A stretch of 64,000 nucleotides of DNA from Acidobacteriota bacterium (GCA_029263335.1 JAJCXS010000038.1:5823-69822); one strand, 5' to 3'. Shown: positions 1-9,938, numbered from the stretch's first letter. Translations and numbers: made by a program. The notes: generated by a model from the letters alone, not told the origin.

Positions 1-1
1 C

Positions 2-1243
2 GGCTACACGCTGGCGCACGCCGGCTACGCGGTGCTGATGATCGACCTGCCTGGCCACGGCCGAAATCGGGCGCCTTTCGCCCGCGATGACAACGTCGCG
101 GCGATTGGCGAAGCCTACGAGCTTCTGCAGGGTCAGCCCGAAGTGGACATCACGCGCGTCGGGCTGCTGGGGCATTCGATGGGAGCGGCGGCAGTCTTGC
201 ACTCGGCATCGGAGTTCCCCGAGCGCTATCGTGCCACCGTTGCGATATCGCCTCTGTACACACCGGTCACGGCCGTCACCCCGCGCAACCTGCAACTGCA
301 GGCTGGTTCCTGGGAGCCAGGATATCTGGAGGCGGCGAGGCACATCCTGGCCGATGCGGGAGGTCCCTCTACGGACTACGCCAATGGTCGGGCGCGATCC
401 CTGGTCACGGTGCAGCGTGCGGAACATATTGGCATCCTGTTCCGCCATCGAAGTCACCGTGCGGCGCGCGAGTGGTTCGACCAGGCTTTCGACTATCGGG
501 CGGCGGGCAGCAACGACCACCACGACTGGCGGTTGCTGGGATGGTTGCTGCATGTGGCCGGATGGGCTCTCGTGGCCTCGGCCATCGTGCCGGCATATCG
601 GCGCCAGGCCAGTCTGGAGCGCGACCTCGTGCGCCGGCCGATGCAGTGGGTCGGAGTACTGGGCGCGCCGTTGTTCGCCACGGGAGCCGTGGTGGTGCTC
701 GACCGGCTCGTGGCTACAAGTCGCTTGGGCGGCGTGGTGGTGGGAGGGGCACTGGCGTTCTGGTTCCTGATCGCGGGCACGGTATTCCTGGTGATTGCTT
801 ACCGGCGCGGCCTGCCGAATGGCGACGACGTTGTTCGCGGTGTCGGCCTATTTGTCTTTCTCGCCGTCGCGGTGGGCGTCACCGGTCATCTGGCATGGGC
901 CAACTGGGTTCTGACCCCAGCTCGACTGATGCGCTGGCCGCTCTTCGCGATCGCCTGCATTCCATGGTTTGTGGCCACCGAGTTCGGCCAAGGCGACCCA
1001 CGGCGGGCCTCCCGCTGGCTGTGGTGGCTTGCCCAGGTCGCCTCGGTGCTGGCAGCTTTGCTGCTGCTCGCGCGCCTCGTTCCCGACATGGGAGTTGTGG
1101 CCCTGGTGTTGCCGCTGTTGCCGGCCTACTTCGCGCTTTTCGTGTATCTCGGAAGCAAGGTCAGGCGACCCTGGGCCTACGGGATAGGCTGCGGCCTTTT
1201 CTTCGGGTGGCTGCTCGCGGTCGCCTTCCCGATCTTGAGTTAG
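2..1243 (+). CDS. Alpha/beta-hydrolase with C-terminal multi-pass membrane domain (5'-truncated by window edge)
   Basis: The frame is open from base 2 (GYTLAHAGYAVLMIDLPGHG). It has a GHSMG nucleophile elbow and a candidate catalytic His in AEHIGILF, followed by several hydrophobic helices. Confidence 0.8.
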   Translation, partial: GYTLAHAGYAVLMIDLPGHGRNRAPFARDDNVAAIGEAYELLQGQPEVDITRVGLLGHSMGAAAVLHSASEFPERYRATVAISPLYTPVTAVTPRNLQLQAGSWEPGYLEAARHILADAGGPSTDYANGRARSLVTVQRAEHIGILFRHRSHRAAREWFDQAFDYRAAGSNDHHDWRLLGWLLHVAGWALVASAIVPAYRRQASLERDLVRRPMQWVGVLGAPLFATGAVVVLDRLVATSRLGGVVVGGALAFWFLIAGTVFLVIAYRRGLPNGDDVVRGVGLFVFLAVAVGVTGHLAWANWVLTPARLMRWPLFAIACIPWFVATEFGQGDPRRASRWLWWLAQVASVLAALLLLARLVPDMGVVALVLPLLPAYFALFVYLGSKVRRPWAYGIGCGLFFGWLLAVAFPILS

Positions 1244-1255
1244 CGGGCGTCGGTA

Positions 1256-2473
1256 ATGTACGGAACTTCCTTGTGCGCGGCGGGGAGGCGATACGGCCTA
1301 GTCGTCATCATCGCGGCGGTTGCGTCCTCCGCATGCGCCGGACATAGCCTGTATGTCCGTCCCGGCGTGAGTCCGCAATGCCCGAACTGCGCCGCCGGCC
1401 CCGAACAGCTGGACACGCGCGTGTTGTTGGTTGGCGACGCTGGCGAATTCGACCCGGACAATCCCGCGTTGCAGGTTCTTGCGAATGCCGCCGTGGGAGC
1501 AACCGATCGGAGCGTGGCGCTGTTTCTCGGCGACAATGCATATCCGCGCGGCCTGCCGGGAGCGAACGAAGCCGGCGTGGACGCCGAGCGCACCAACTCG
1601 GAGAAGATCCTGCAACTGCAGGTCGAGGCTGCTGGTCACGCCGGTATCCCGGCGGTATTCGTGGCCGGCAATCATGATTGGGACAAGTCAGGTCCCCGCG
1701 GACTGGAGCGACTGCAGGCGCAGGAAGCGTTTCTCGCCGAGACGACCGCGGCTGATGTGGTGTTGCATCCTACCGCCGGCTGTCCCGGGCCCACGGTGCT
1801 GGATCTGGGGGAGCGCGTGCGCCTGATCGTGGCCGACTCCGAGTGGCTGCTCCGCGCCGAGCATCCGAAGCTCACGGATTGCACCTGGGGCGCGCCGGGC
1901 GCGCTGTTGCCCCTGGCGAGCCACGACGCTGAAGGGTTCTACTCGGCGCTTGCCGAGGCGGTACGTAGCGCGGGCGATCGCAGGATTCTACTGGCGACCC
2001 ATCACCCCCTCAAGACCCGCGGTTCGCACGGCGGGTACTTCACCGCTAAGGAATTCTTTTTTCCGCTGACGCTGGCCAAGAGCTGGCTGTATCTGCCGAT
2101 ACCAGGGCTGTACCCGCTACTGCGTTATGGCATCGTGCGATCCGATCAGGATTTATACGGTTCACGCAATCGCGAGATGGTGCGCCGCATCGAAGAGGTT
2201 CTGGCCACGGCGGCCAGCGCCGCGATCGCGGCCGCCGGACATGAACACACGCTTCAGGTATTCGATGACCCGGCGCTGCCGATCTGGTATCTGGTCAGCG
2301 GATCGGCAGCCAAGCTAGGCGCGACGGGCAAGACCGACGACACCATCTTCAAGCACGCTGCTCCCGGCATCATGGTGGTCGACTTCTTTGTCGACGGTCG
2401 CGTGTCAGTACGCGTTGTCGAGGTCGACGCGGCAGGAGTGCACGAGGTCTTCGCGCTCTGGCTGGGCGAGTAG
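1256..2473 (+). CDS. Metallophosphoesterase, purple-acid-phosphatase type, probable lipoprotein
   Basis: Motifs GDAG, GDNAY, GNHD, HHP and GHEH occur in the canonical order. A hydrophobic N-terminal stretch ends in ASSAC (lipobox-like). Confidence 0.8.
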   Translation: MYGTSLCAAGRRYGLVVIIAAVASSACAGHSLYVRPGVSPQCPNCAAGPEQLDTRVLLVGDAGEFDPDNPALQVLANAAVGATDRSVALFLGDNAYPRGLPGANEAGVDAERTNSEKILQLQVEAAGHAGIPAVFVAGNHDWDKSGPRGLERLQAQEAFLAETTAADVVLHPTAGCPGPTVLDLGERVRLIVADSEWLLRAEHPKLTDCTWGAPGALLPLASHDAEGFYSALAEAVRSAGDRRILLATHHPLKTRGSHGGYFTAKEFFFPLTLAKSWLYLPIPGLYPLLRYGIVRSDQDLYGSRNREMVRRIEEVLATAASAAIAAAGHEHTLQVFDDPALPIWYLVSGSAAKLGATGKTDDTIFKHAAPGIMVVDFFVDGRVSVRVVEVDAAGVHEVFALWLGE

Positions 2474-2482
2474 TTCCTACAG

Positions 2483-3139
2483 CTACGCGGGCTTTGGGGT
2501 AGCTGTGGGCGCCGCCAGGCCGCGCCCCATCGTCCGCTGCAGGTCGCGCACGAACGCGCTGACTTCCGGAACGCTGGAGGGTAGTGGCGACCCTGCGAGC
2601 AACTCGCGCACCTGCTTGGTAGCGAAGAAGAACACCAGGCTCCCGAGCAGGCTCAGATGCGTGACGTACGAGTTGACGTTGGTGAACGTGCCCTCGCGAA
2701 CGCCCTGATCGATGATGCCCTGCACCAGTTTGAACAACTCGAGGAAGCGCGGCAGGAGATCCTCGTCGATGTGCAGCCCGCCCGACAGGACCTCGCGAAT
2801 GACCATTACCGGCAGCGCGGGTTGTGTTGCGGCGAGGTCGGCAAAAGCAAAGATGAAGTCGCGCAGACGATCGTCGGCCGGTGCGTCGGAATAGCGGATC
2901 TCGTGGAACCGGTCGTGCGCCTCGTTCAGGGTCGCCGCCAGGATCTCGTTATACAGACTCTTCTTGCCACCAAAGTGGTAGCTGATCATCGCCTTGTTGA
3001 CGCCGGCCGATTGCGCGATCTGGTCGACCCGCGTGCCATCGAAGCCGCGCTCGGCGAACAGTTCGGTGGCAGCGTCGATCAGAGCTCCACGAGTGGCCTC
3101 GGAGCTGCGGCGCCGCTTTTCGGAAATCCGATCATTCAT
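2483..3139 (-). CDS. TetR/AcrR family transcriptional regulator
   Basis: N-terminal HTH (LIDAATELFAERGFDGTRVDQIAQSAGVNKAMISYHFGGK). The ATG at 3139 was chosen over the upstream GTG at 3163. Confidence 0.9.
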   Translation of the reverse strand: MNDRISEKRRRSSEATRGALIDAATELFAERGFDGTRVDQIAQSAGVNKAMISYHFGGKKSLYNEILAATLNEAHDRFHEIRYSDAPADDRLRDFIFAFADLAATQPALPVMVIREVLSGGLHIDEDLLPRFLELFKLVQGIIDQGVREGTFTNVNSYVTHLSLLGSLVFFFATKQVRELLAGSPLPSSVPEVSAFVRDLQRTMGRGLAAPTATPKPA

Positions 3140-3169
3140 CACCAAATTGTACAACGTCGGCACAGATCA

Positions 3170-3198
3170 TTGAGCTAACTAAACATTTATTTGATAAT
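3170..3198 (+). promoter_or_regulatory. Sigma70-like promoter of HMG-CoA lyase containing a candidate TetR operator
   Basis: TTGAGC-N17-GATAAT. The spacer holds the imperfect palindrome AACTAAA-CA-TTTATTT (3177-3192). Confidence 0.55.
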
Positions 3199-3262
3199 AG
3201 GCTGAGCAAGGGAGCGGCAAGACGTATCGCATCCCGCAACCAGCTGGGATCGGTAGGAGTCC

Positions 3263-4183
3263 ATGGAACTGCCTGAGCAGGTGACCGTTTACGAGGTTGG
3301 GCCGCGCGACGGGTTTCAGAACCTGGCGCGGTTTGTGCCTACCGATAGCAAAGTAGCGTTCATCGATGCGCTATCGGCCGCAGGCCTGCCCGCTATTGAA
3401 GCCACCAGTTTCGTGTCGCCGCAGTGGGTGCCTCAGCTTGCCGACGCGCACGAGGTCATGCAACAGATCCGACGTCGGCCAGGGGTCCGTTATCCGGTAC
3501 TCGTACCGAATCTGACGGGCCTGGAGCGGGCCGTCGAGACTGGCGTACAGGAGATCGCGGTCTTTACTGCCGCCTCCGAGACCTTCAATCGCCGTAACAT
3601 CAACGCCTCGATTGCAGAGTCCATCGATCGCTTCCGCCCGGTGGCCGAGCGTGCACAGGAGCTGGGCCTGAACGTGCGCGGATATGTTTCGACTGCTTTC
3701 GGTTGTCCGTATCAGGGGAACGTCGAGGCGGAGTCTGTCGTCAGTGTTACGGGTCAGCTGCTCGAGCTCGGTTGCGCCGAGGTATCGATCGGCGACACCA
3801 TCGGGGTGGCGGATCCGGCGCAGGTCAGCGACGTGGTCGGTCGGCTGAACGACAGCTTCGGCCTGGACGGTATCGCCCTGCACCTGCACGACACGTATGG
3901 GCGCGGCCTGGCCAACGTGGTTGCCGGGCTCGACGCCGGGGTGCGTACCTTCGACGCTGCCGCCGGCGGGCTGGGCGGCTGTCCCTATGCGAAGGGTGCC
4001 AGCGGCAATCTCTCCACCGAGGATCTCGTCGCGATGCTGCACCACATGGGTATCGAAACTGGTGTGGACCTGGGGGCGTTGGTCGCGGCCACCAGCGCGC
4101 TGGCCGCCAGCACCGGATTACGGATGGCCTCGCGCGCGTTCGAGGCGCTGCGCTCGCGGCGGCGCGAACTGATTCCCGCCTAG
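3263..4183 (+). CDS. hmgL: Hydroxymethylglutaryl-CoA lyase
   Basis: EVGPRDGFQN, DTIG, HLHDTYG and GLGGCPYAKGASGN are all signature motifs. RBS AGGAG. Confidence 0.93.
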   Translation: MELPEQVTVYEVGPRDGFQNLARFVPTDSKVAFIDALSAAGLPAIEATSFVSPQWVPQLADAHEVMQQIRRRPGVRYPVLVPNLTGLERAVETGVQEIAVFTAASETFNRRNINASIAESIDRFRPVAERAQELGLNVRGYVSTAFGCPYQGNVEAESVVSVTGQLLELGCAEVSIGDTIGVADPAQVSDVVGRLNDSFGLDGIALHLHDTYGRGLANVVAGLDAGVRTFDAAAGGLGGCPYAKGASGNLSTEDLVAMLHHMGIETGVDLGALVAATSALAASTGLRMASRAFEALRSRRRELIPA

Positions 4184-4202
4184 CTTCGCCGGCCTCGATC
4201 CG

Positions 4203-5279
4203 TCAGCCGATCACGGTTGAGTAGAGGCGGTACAGGTTGGTACCCATGATGCGCTCGACATCGTTGCCCGAGTAGCCGCGCGCGACCAGACCGTTCCACA
4301 CGACCTCCATGCGGCCCGGGCCGTTGAGTTCGTCTATGAAGTAGGGCAGTTCGCTGTTGACGACCTGGCTGCCTTCCTCCGCGCGTAGCTCAGCCAGGTA
4401 GGCCTCGCTCATCTCGATGACGCGATGGTCGCGATCGCTGCCGATGCACACAGCCTCGACCCCGGCGACGTTCACCGCGTGGTCGATGTGATCGAAGTAC
4501 GCGTGCAGGTTGTCGCGTTTGGCGGAGGTCAGGAACGGACGCAGTTGGCAGATGCCCACCACTCCGCCTCGATCGGCGAGCGCCCGCAGATTCGCGTCCG
4601 AGGTATTGCGCTCGTGCGGGTACAGATCGTTGCACGCGGTGTGTGAGATGTGCACCGGCATGCTGGAGTGGTCGATCGTGTCGGCCATGGTCGGCATGTT
4701 GGCGTGAGACAGGTCCACCAGCATGCCGAGGTCGTTCATGCGATCGATGAGATCACGGCCGAAGTCGGTAAGACCGCCGTTGTCTCCTTCCTGGCGGCAG
4801 CCGACGCCGGCTAGGTTGCGCTCGTTGTACGTGATCTGGCAGCTGCGTAACCCCAGGTCGTAGAACATGTCCACGCGATCGAGCCCGGTGCCGAACTGCA
4901 CCGTGTTCTGGTACAGGTAGAAGACCGCCAGTCGCCCGGACTGTTGGGCCCTGTCGATGTCGGCGACCGACGTGGCCCTGAGCAACTGGGTCGGGTTGGC
5001 GGCGATGTATCTGTCGTGCTCGAGCAGCGAGTCGACGGCCAGTTCCAGGGCCGCCGCGCCGGTCGGCTTGGGGTCGCACAGAGTGATCGTGATCGAGTCC
5101 ATGCCGCTGTCGATCATCTGTTGCACGAGATCGGGCTCGTAGATGGTCCGTAGCTCGCCCATTGCGTCCATGACCAGAGCCGGCTGCGAGCCGCGTTGTT
5201 GCCTGGCGCGGAGCGGCTGCGGCGCCAACGGTAACGCTGCGGTGGCGGCGGCGGTCGTCAAGAAACGTCTGCGATTCAC
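4203..5279 (-). CDS. Membrane dipeptidase family (M19) protein with twin-arginine signal peptide
   Basis: GTG start with RBS AAGGAGG, then NRRRFL plus an Ala-rich helix. Motifs GLTDFG, LVDLSH, ISH, RGGVVG and IGSD; the N-terminal metal ligands are divergent. Confidence 0.8.
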   Translation of the reverse strand: MNRRRFLTTAAATAALPLAPQPLRARQQRGSQPALVMDAMGELRTIYEPDLVQQMIDSGMDSITITLCDPKPTGAAALELAVDSLLEHDRYIAANPTQLLRATSVADIDRAQQSGRLAVFYLYQNTVQFGTGLDRVDMFYDLGLRSCQITYNERNLAGVGCRQEGDNGGLTDFGRDLIDRMNDLGMLVDLSHANMPTMADTIDHSSMPVHISHTACNDLYPHERNTSDANLRALADRGGVVGICQLRPFLTSAKRDNLHAYFDHIDHAVNVAGVEAVCIGSDRDHRVIEMSEAYLAELRAEEGSQVVNSELPYFIDELNGPGRMEVVWNGLVARGYSGNDVERIMGTNLYRLYSTVIG

Positions 5280-5806
5280 TGCTGTTCCTCCTTCGCCGCG
5301 GGTGGATCCGATTCGGCAACCACGATGGTAAGCAGCTGCTGTCCGCCGTCGACCTGATCGCCGTCGGCCAGGTGCATATCGGCGACCGTGCCGGCGTGTG
5401 GTGCTCTGACTTCCAGCTGCATCTTCATGGCCGACAGCACCAGCATTACCTGTTCGGCATCGACGTCGTCGCCGTTGGCGACGAGCGTCTCGACGACGGT
5501 GGCCGGAATCGGGGCGGTCAGGCCGCCGGGTGCCACCCCGCCGCCGCCTCGTTCGAGTACTGCCTCGAAACGATGCGTCCGTCCGTCCAGATGAACCCAC
5601 CAGTTCGTGCGGTCGCGCACGGCGTGCACGGTATGCGTGCGTTGGTCGTCGCTTGCCGTTCGCGCTGCGAACTCTGCGGCGCCAACACGACGGACATGCC
5701 AGACGTGCTGTTCGCCATCGGGCATGTTGAGTGTCAGATGATCGCCATCACGCCGTGCAGCAACCTCGATCTCGTCACCGCGAATGCGGAAGGTGCGGGC
5801 CGTCAT
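5276..5806 (-). CDS. Biotin carboxyl carrier / BT-domain subunit of methylcrotonyl-CoA carboxylase
   Basis: LTAPIPATV...LSAMKMQ...VRAPHAG biotinyl domain. The ATG at 5806 overlaps the upstream stop (TGATG). Confidence 0.85.
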   Translation of the reverse strand: MTARTFRIRGDEIEVAARRDGDHLTLNMPDGEQHVWHVRRVGAAEFAARTASDDQRTHTVHAVRDRTNWWVHLDGRTHRFEAVLERGGGGVAPGGLTAPIPATVVETLVANGDDVDAEQVMLVLSAMKMQLEVRAPHAGTVADMHLADGDQVDGGQQLLTIVVAESDPPAAKEEQQ

Positions 5807-7302
5807 CAGGAGGTTTCCCCGTTGTCGCTCATGCGGAAGCGGCCGAGCGTTCGCCATGGATCGGCGGCGAGGGGATCGGCGGTGCCGGTCTCGCCGTGCC
5901 CCGCTCGGCCTGCGCCGTAGCGATCCGCCAACAAGGTTGCCGCCATGGCAAGGGGGGCGATCTCTTCGGATGCCGGCCAGTCGGCAAGGTGTTCGTCCAG
6001 GAAAGCGGTTGTCAGGTCCCCCTCGCGGAAGGCCGGGACGGCGAGGACATCCTGCAGATGATCGAGGTTCGTCTGCACGCCGAGCAGTACATAGCGACCC
6101 AACGCCTCGCGCATCCGGGCAATCGCCGCGTCGCGGTCGCGAGCCCAACACGAGAGCTTCGCCAGCATCGGGTCGAAATGTACGCCGATCTCCTGCCCTT
6201 CGACGAGCGCGGCGTCCACCCTCACTCCGGGGCCGGAAGGCTCACGCATCAACATCAGACGGCCGGCCTGCGGTAGATGGCCTGCCGCCGGATCCTCCGC
6301 GTAGACGCGGCACTCGATGGCGTGCCCGACGAATGAGGGATCGAGCGCCTCGGGCGGGAGCGTCGCTCCTCCCGCAACCTCGAGCTGCAGGCGAACCAGA
6401 TCAAGACCGGTGATCCACTCGGTTACCGGGTGTTCGACCTGCAGCCGCGTGTTCATCTCCAGAAAGTAGAAATCGCCGTTGCCGTCGAGCAGGAACTCCA
6501 CGGTGCCCGCGCCCACATAGCCGACGGCTTCGGCGGCGGCCACCGCCGCCGCGCTCATGCGCGCGCGTAGCTCGGCCGATACGGCCGGCGAGGGGGCCTC
6601 CTCGATGATCTTCTGGTGGCGGCGCTGAATGGAACATTCGCGCTCGCCGAGGGCCACGGTGTTGCCGTGCGTGTCGGCGAACACCTGGATCTCGATGTGG
6701 CGAGGTCGTTCGACGACTTTCTCCAGGTAGATGGCGCCATCGCCAAACGACTTGGCCGCCTCTTCGGACGCTTGCCGGTAGACGCGCTCCAGCTGTTCTG
6801 GGTCCGAGACGATCGACATGCCTTTGCCGCCGCCCCCGGCGACGGCCTTGAGAAAGACCGGATAACCGATGTCGGCCGCTGCTGGCAGAAGTTCGGTCGC
6901 GGTGCCGGGCTCGGTGCCGGGCACAACCGGGACGCCGGCCGAACGCATGGCTGCACGCGCCCGCGTCTTGCTGCCCATGACCTCCATGGCCGCGGCCGGT
7001 GGTCCGATGAATAGAAGGCCGGCGGCATCTACGGCGGTTACAAACGCCGGGTTCTCGGACAGGAAGCCGTATCCCGGATGCACGGCATCACAGCCGGACG
7101 AGCGGGCCGCCTCGCACAACCCCTGCGGGTCGACGTAGCTGTCCACCTGAATCGCGCGACCCGCCGCCAACGCGTGCGGCGAACCGGCGTCGAGTTCCGT
7201 ATATACAGCCACGACCTCCACGCCAGCGGCATGGCAGGTGCGGGCGATACGCACCGAGATCTCGCCGCGGTTGGCGATCAGGACCCGACGGGGCAGGCTC
7301 AC
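5806..7302 (-). CDS. Biotin carboxylase subunit of 3-methylcrotonyl-CoA carboxylase (alpha, lacking BCCP)
   Basis: VLIANRGEI, HPGYGFLSEN, GGGGKGM, ECSIQRRHQK and EMNTRLQVEHPVTE. The GTG start overlaps the upstream TGA. Confidence 0.9.
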   Translation of the reverse strand: MSLPRRVLIANRGEISVRIARTCHAAGVEVVAVYTELDAGSPHALAAGRAIQVDSYVDPQGLCEAARSSGCDAVHPGYGFLSENPAFVTAVDAAGLLFIGPPAAAMEVMGSKTRARAAMRSAGVPVVPGTEPGTATELLPAAADIGYPVFLKAVAGGGGKGMSIVSDPEQLERVYRQASEEAAKSFGDGAIYLEKVVERPRHIEIQVFADTHGNTVALGERECSIQRRHQKIIEEAPSPAVSAELRARMSAAAVAAAEAVGYVGAGTVEFLLDGNGDFYFLEMNTRLQVEHPVTEWITGLDLVRLQLEVAGGATLPPEALDPSFVGHAIECRVYAEDPAAGHLPQAGRLMLMREPSGPGVRVDAALVEGQEIGVHFDPMLAKLSCWARDRDAAIARMREALGRYVLLGVQTNLDHLQDVLAVPAFREGDLTTAFLDEHLADWPASEEIAPLAMAATLLADRYGAGRAGHGETGTADPLAADPWRTLGRFRMSDNGETS

Positions 7303-8096
7303 TCGCCCTCCTCGGCCCATGGCGGCTTCTGTTTGCTCAGGAATGCCGCCATGCCCGCCTTGCCGCCGTCGGTCGCGCGGGCCGCGGTGATCGACGCGAC
7401 CGTGAGCGTTGCTGCTTGCGGAAAGTCGAGGTGAGCGATCCGCGGGATGAGTTCCTTGATGCGCGCCTGCGAGTCGGGGCTGCACGCCAGCAGCTCGTCG
7501 ATGGTTCGCTGAACAGCCGTGTCGAGGTCTTCTTCGTCGACGACCTCAGCCACCAGACCGAGGCGCAGCGCCTTGTCGGCGCGGAAGCGTTCGCCGGTGA
7601 GGAAGAGCGCCTGCGCCTGGCCCCAGTGCAGCTTCTTCAGTACATACGGAGAAATTACCGCGGGCAGGATCCCCAACCGGGCCTCGGTGAATCCGAAACT
7701 GGCGCGGGTGGTGGCGATGGCGATGTCTGCCGTGGCTACCAGGCCCGAGCCGCCGCCGAGCGCGGCGCCCTGCACTCGCGCCACCACGGGCTTCGGGCAC
7801 GTGGCGATGGCGCGGAACATGCGCTCCAGCGTGCATGCGTCCTCGCGATTCTCCTCCTCGGAGTAGTCGGCAATACGTCGCATCCAATTGAGGTCCGCTC
7901 CGGCCGAGAAGTGCTTGCCGGTGGACCGCAGGAGAACCACGCGCGTTGCGCTGTCTTGGCCGAGTTGGGTGAATACCTGAGTCAGCTCCGTGATCGTTAC
8001 GTCGTCGAAGGCGTCGTGGATCTCGGGTCGGTTCAGGACGACGGCAGTCACGGCGCCGTGGTGCTCGAGTTTCAGGCGAGTGTATGAGTCGCTCAT
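7299..8096 (-). CDS. liuC: Enoyl-CoA hydratase, likely methylglutaconyl-CoA hydratase
   Basis: Crotonase motifs LNRPEIHDAF, FSAGADL, ALGGGSGL and EARLGILP. It lies between the MCC subunits. Confidence 0.8.
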   Translation of the reverse strand: MSDSYTRLKLEHHGAVTAVVLNRPEIHDAFDDVTITELTQVFTQLGQDSATRVVLLRSTGKHFSAGADLNWMRRIADYSEEENREDACTLERMFRAIATCPKPVVARVQGAALGGGSGLVATADIAIATTRASFGFTEARLGILPAVISPYVLKKLHWGQAQALFLTGERFRADKALRLGLVAEVVDEEDLDTAVQRTIDELLACSPDSQARIKELIPRIAHLDFPQAATLTVASITAARATDGGKAGMAAFLSKQKPPWAEEGE

Positions 8097-8182
8097 CCGT
8101 GTGCTTCGGTTCGGTTGGCAGTTCGTGGTCGAAGGGGCCGCCACGACGAGGGAGGGAACGATGCGGCTAGGTGCGGGTGTGG

Positions 8183-9790
8183 CTACATGCGAAACACGCC
8201 CATGCGTGGCTCGTGCATTGGTGCGTTGTAGGTCGCGGAGAGCGCCAGGCCAAGTACGTCGCGCGTCTGACCCGGCTCGATGATGCCGTCGTCCCAAAGG
8301 CGCGCGGTGGCGTAGTAGGGGCTTCCCTCGGTCTCGTACTTGTCCAGGATAGGCTGCTTGAAGGCCGCCTCCTCGTCATCGGACCAGTCCTCGCCATGAC
8401 GGGCGAGTTGGTCACGTTTGACCTGTGCCAGCACCATGGCGGCCTGTTCTCCGCCCATCACGGAGATGCGCGAGTTGGGCCAGCTGAAGAGGAAACGGGG
8501 ATCGTACCCGCGGCCGCACATGCCGTAGTTGCCGGCGCCGAAGGAGCCTCCCACGATCACCGTCAGCTTGGGGACCGTGGCGTTGGCGACGGCATGCACC
8601 ATCTTGGCGCCGTCCTTGGCGATACCACCGGATTCGTACTTTCCTCCCACCATGAAGCCGGTGATGTTCTGGAGGAAGAGAATCGGCACGCGCCGCAGGT
8701 CGCACATTTCGATGAAGTGAGTCGCCTTGAGGGCCGACTCCGAGAACAGCACGCCGTTGTTCGCGAGGATTCCAATCGGATACCCGTGCAGGCGGGCGAA
8801 GCCCGTAACCAGGGTGGTGCCGTAGGTGGCCTTGAACTCGTGAAAACGGGAGCCATCGACGATGCGCGCGATCAGTTCGCGAGAGTCGTAGGGCTTGCGC
8901 ATGTCGGCCGGTAGCACCGAGGCGATCTCCTCGGGCGGATACAGGGGCTCCTCGGGCTCGGTGAGGGCCGCGGCCACGGACTTCACCCGGTTGAGGTTCT
9001 CGATGATGTCGCGGGCCAGGCGCAGCGCGTGATGGTCGTCGTCCGCGAGGTGATCGGCCACACCGCTCTGGCGTGCATGGACATCGGCGCCGCCGAGATC
9101 CTCAGCGCTGATCTCCTCGCCGGTCGCCGCTTTTACCAGCGGCGGCCCTCCAAGAAAAATGGTGCCCTGATTACGCACGATGACCACCTCGTCGCTCATG
9201 GCGGGTACGTACGCGCCGCCGGCCGTGCAACTGCCCATGACGATGGCGATCTGAGGAATACGGGCGGCGCTCATGCGTGCCTGGTTGTAGAAGATCCGGC
9301 CGAAGTGCTCGCGGTCTGGAAAGACCTCGTCCTGCAGCGGCAGGAACGCGCCCCCCGAATCGACCAGATAGACGCACGGCAGCTGGTTCTCCAACGCAAT
9401 CGTCTGGGCACGCAGATGTTTCTTGACGGTCATCGGCAGGTAGGTGCCGCCTTTTACCGTGGCATCGTTGGCCACGATCATCACTTCGAGGCCGTGTACC
9501 CGCCCGATACCGGTGACCACTCCGGCCGAAGGGGCCGCGCCGCTATAGAGGCCATCGGCGGCCAGGGGCGACAGCTCCAGAAAAGGAGAGTCGTTGTCGA
9601 GCAGTTCGTCGATGCGGTCGCGCACGAACAGCTTGCCCTGCTCGCGGTGACGCTGCTGGTACTTCTCGCGACCGCCCTGACGGGTCGCCGCGAGGCGTTC
9701 GCGCAGTTCACTCGCGAGTCCCTGGTGGTGCTCGGCATTGGCCCGAGCTTCTTCGCTAGCTGGCTGCAGCTGCGAGCGAATCGGTTCCAT
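8183..9790 (-). CDS. liuB: 3-methylcrotonyl-CoA carboxylase beta (carboxyltransferase) subunit
   Basis: [41 protein letters not shown] and [11 protein letters not shown]; 535 aa. Confidence 0.92.
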   Translation of the reverse strand: MEPIRSQLQPASEEARANAEHHQGLASELRERLAATRQGGREKYQQRHREQGKLFVRDRIDELLDNDSPFLELSPLAADGLYSGAAPSAGVVTGIGRVHGLEVMIVANDATVKGGTYLPMTVKKHLRAQTIALENQLPCVYLVDSGGAFLPLQDEVFPDREHFGRIFYNQARMSAARIPQIAIVMGSCTAGGAYVPAMSDEVVIVRNQGTIFLGGPPLVKAATGEEISAEDLGGADVHARQSGVADHLADDDHHALRLARDIIENLNRVKSVAAALTEPEEPLYPPEEIASVLPADMRKPYDSRELIARIVDGSRFHEFKATYGTTLVTGFARLHGYPIGILANNGVLFSESALKATHFIEMCDLRRVPILFLQNITGFMVGGKYESGGIAKDGAKMVHAVANATVPKLTVIVGGSFGAGNYGMCGRGYDPRFLFSWPNSRISVMGGEQAAMVLAQVKRDQLARHGEDWSDDEEAAFKQPILDKYETEGSPYYATARLWDDGIIEPGQTRDVLGLALSATYNAPMHEPRMGVFRM

Positions 9791-9938
9791 GTCGCTCCCA
9801 AAACAGTAAAGAGGAGTCGAGTGTAGAATTTGATGGACGGCGGTCCAAGAATGCGGGCCGTCGCGTTGCCGAGATCCTACCGCAGGGCATCCGCGTGGGT
9901 GCGAGGAGGGTCACGGCGGTGATCGAACGGAGGTCGAT

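Noticed and set aside
5276-9790. Acetyl-CoA or propionyl-CoA carboxylase assignment
   Set aside because: The single 535-aa carboxyltransferase with MCC-type motifs, plus the neighbouring hydratase and HMG-CoA lyase, fits leucine catabolism. Geranyl-CoA carboxylase cannot be fully excluded.
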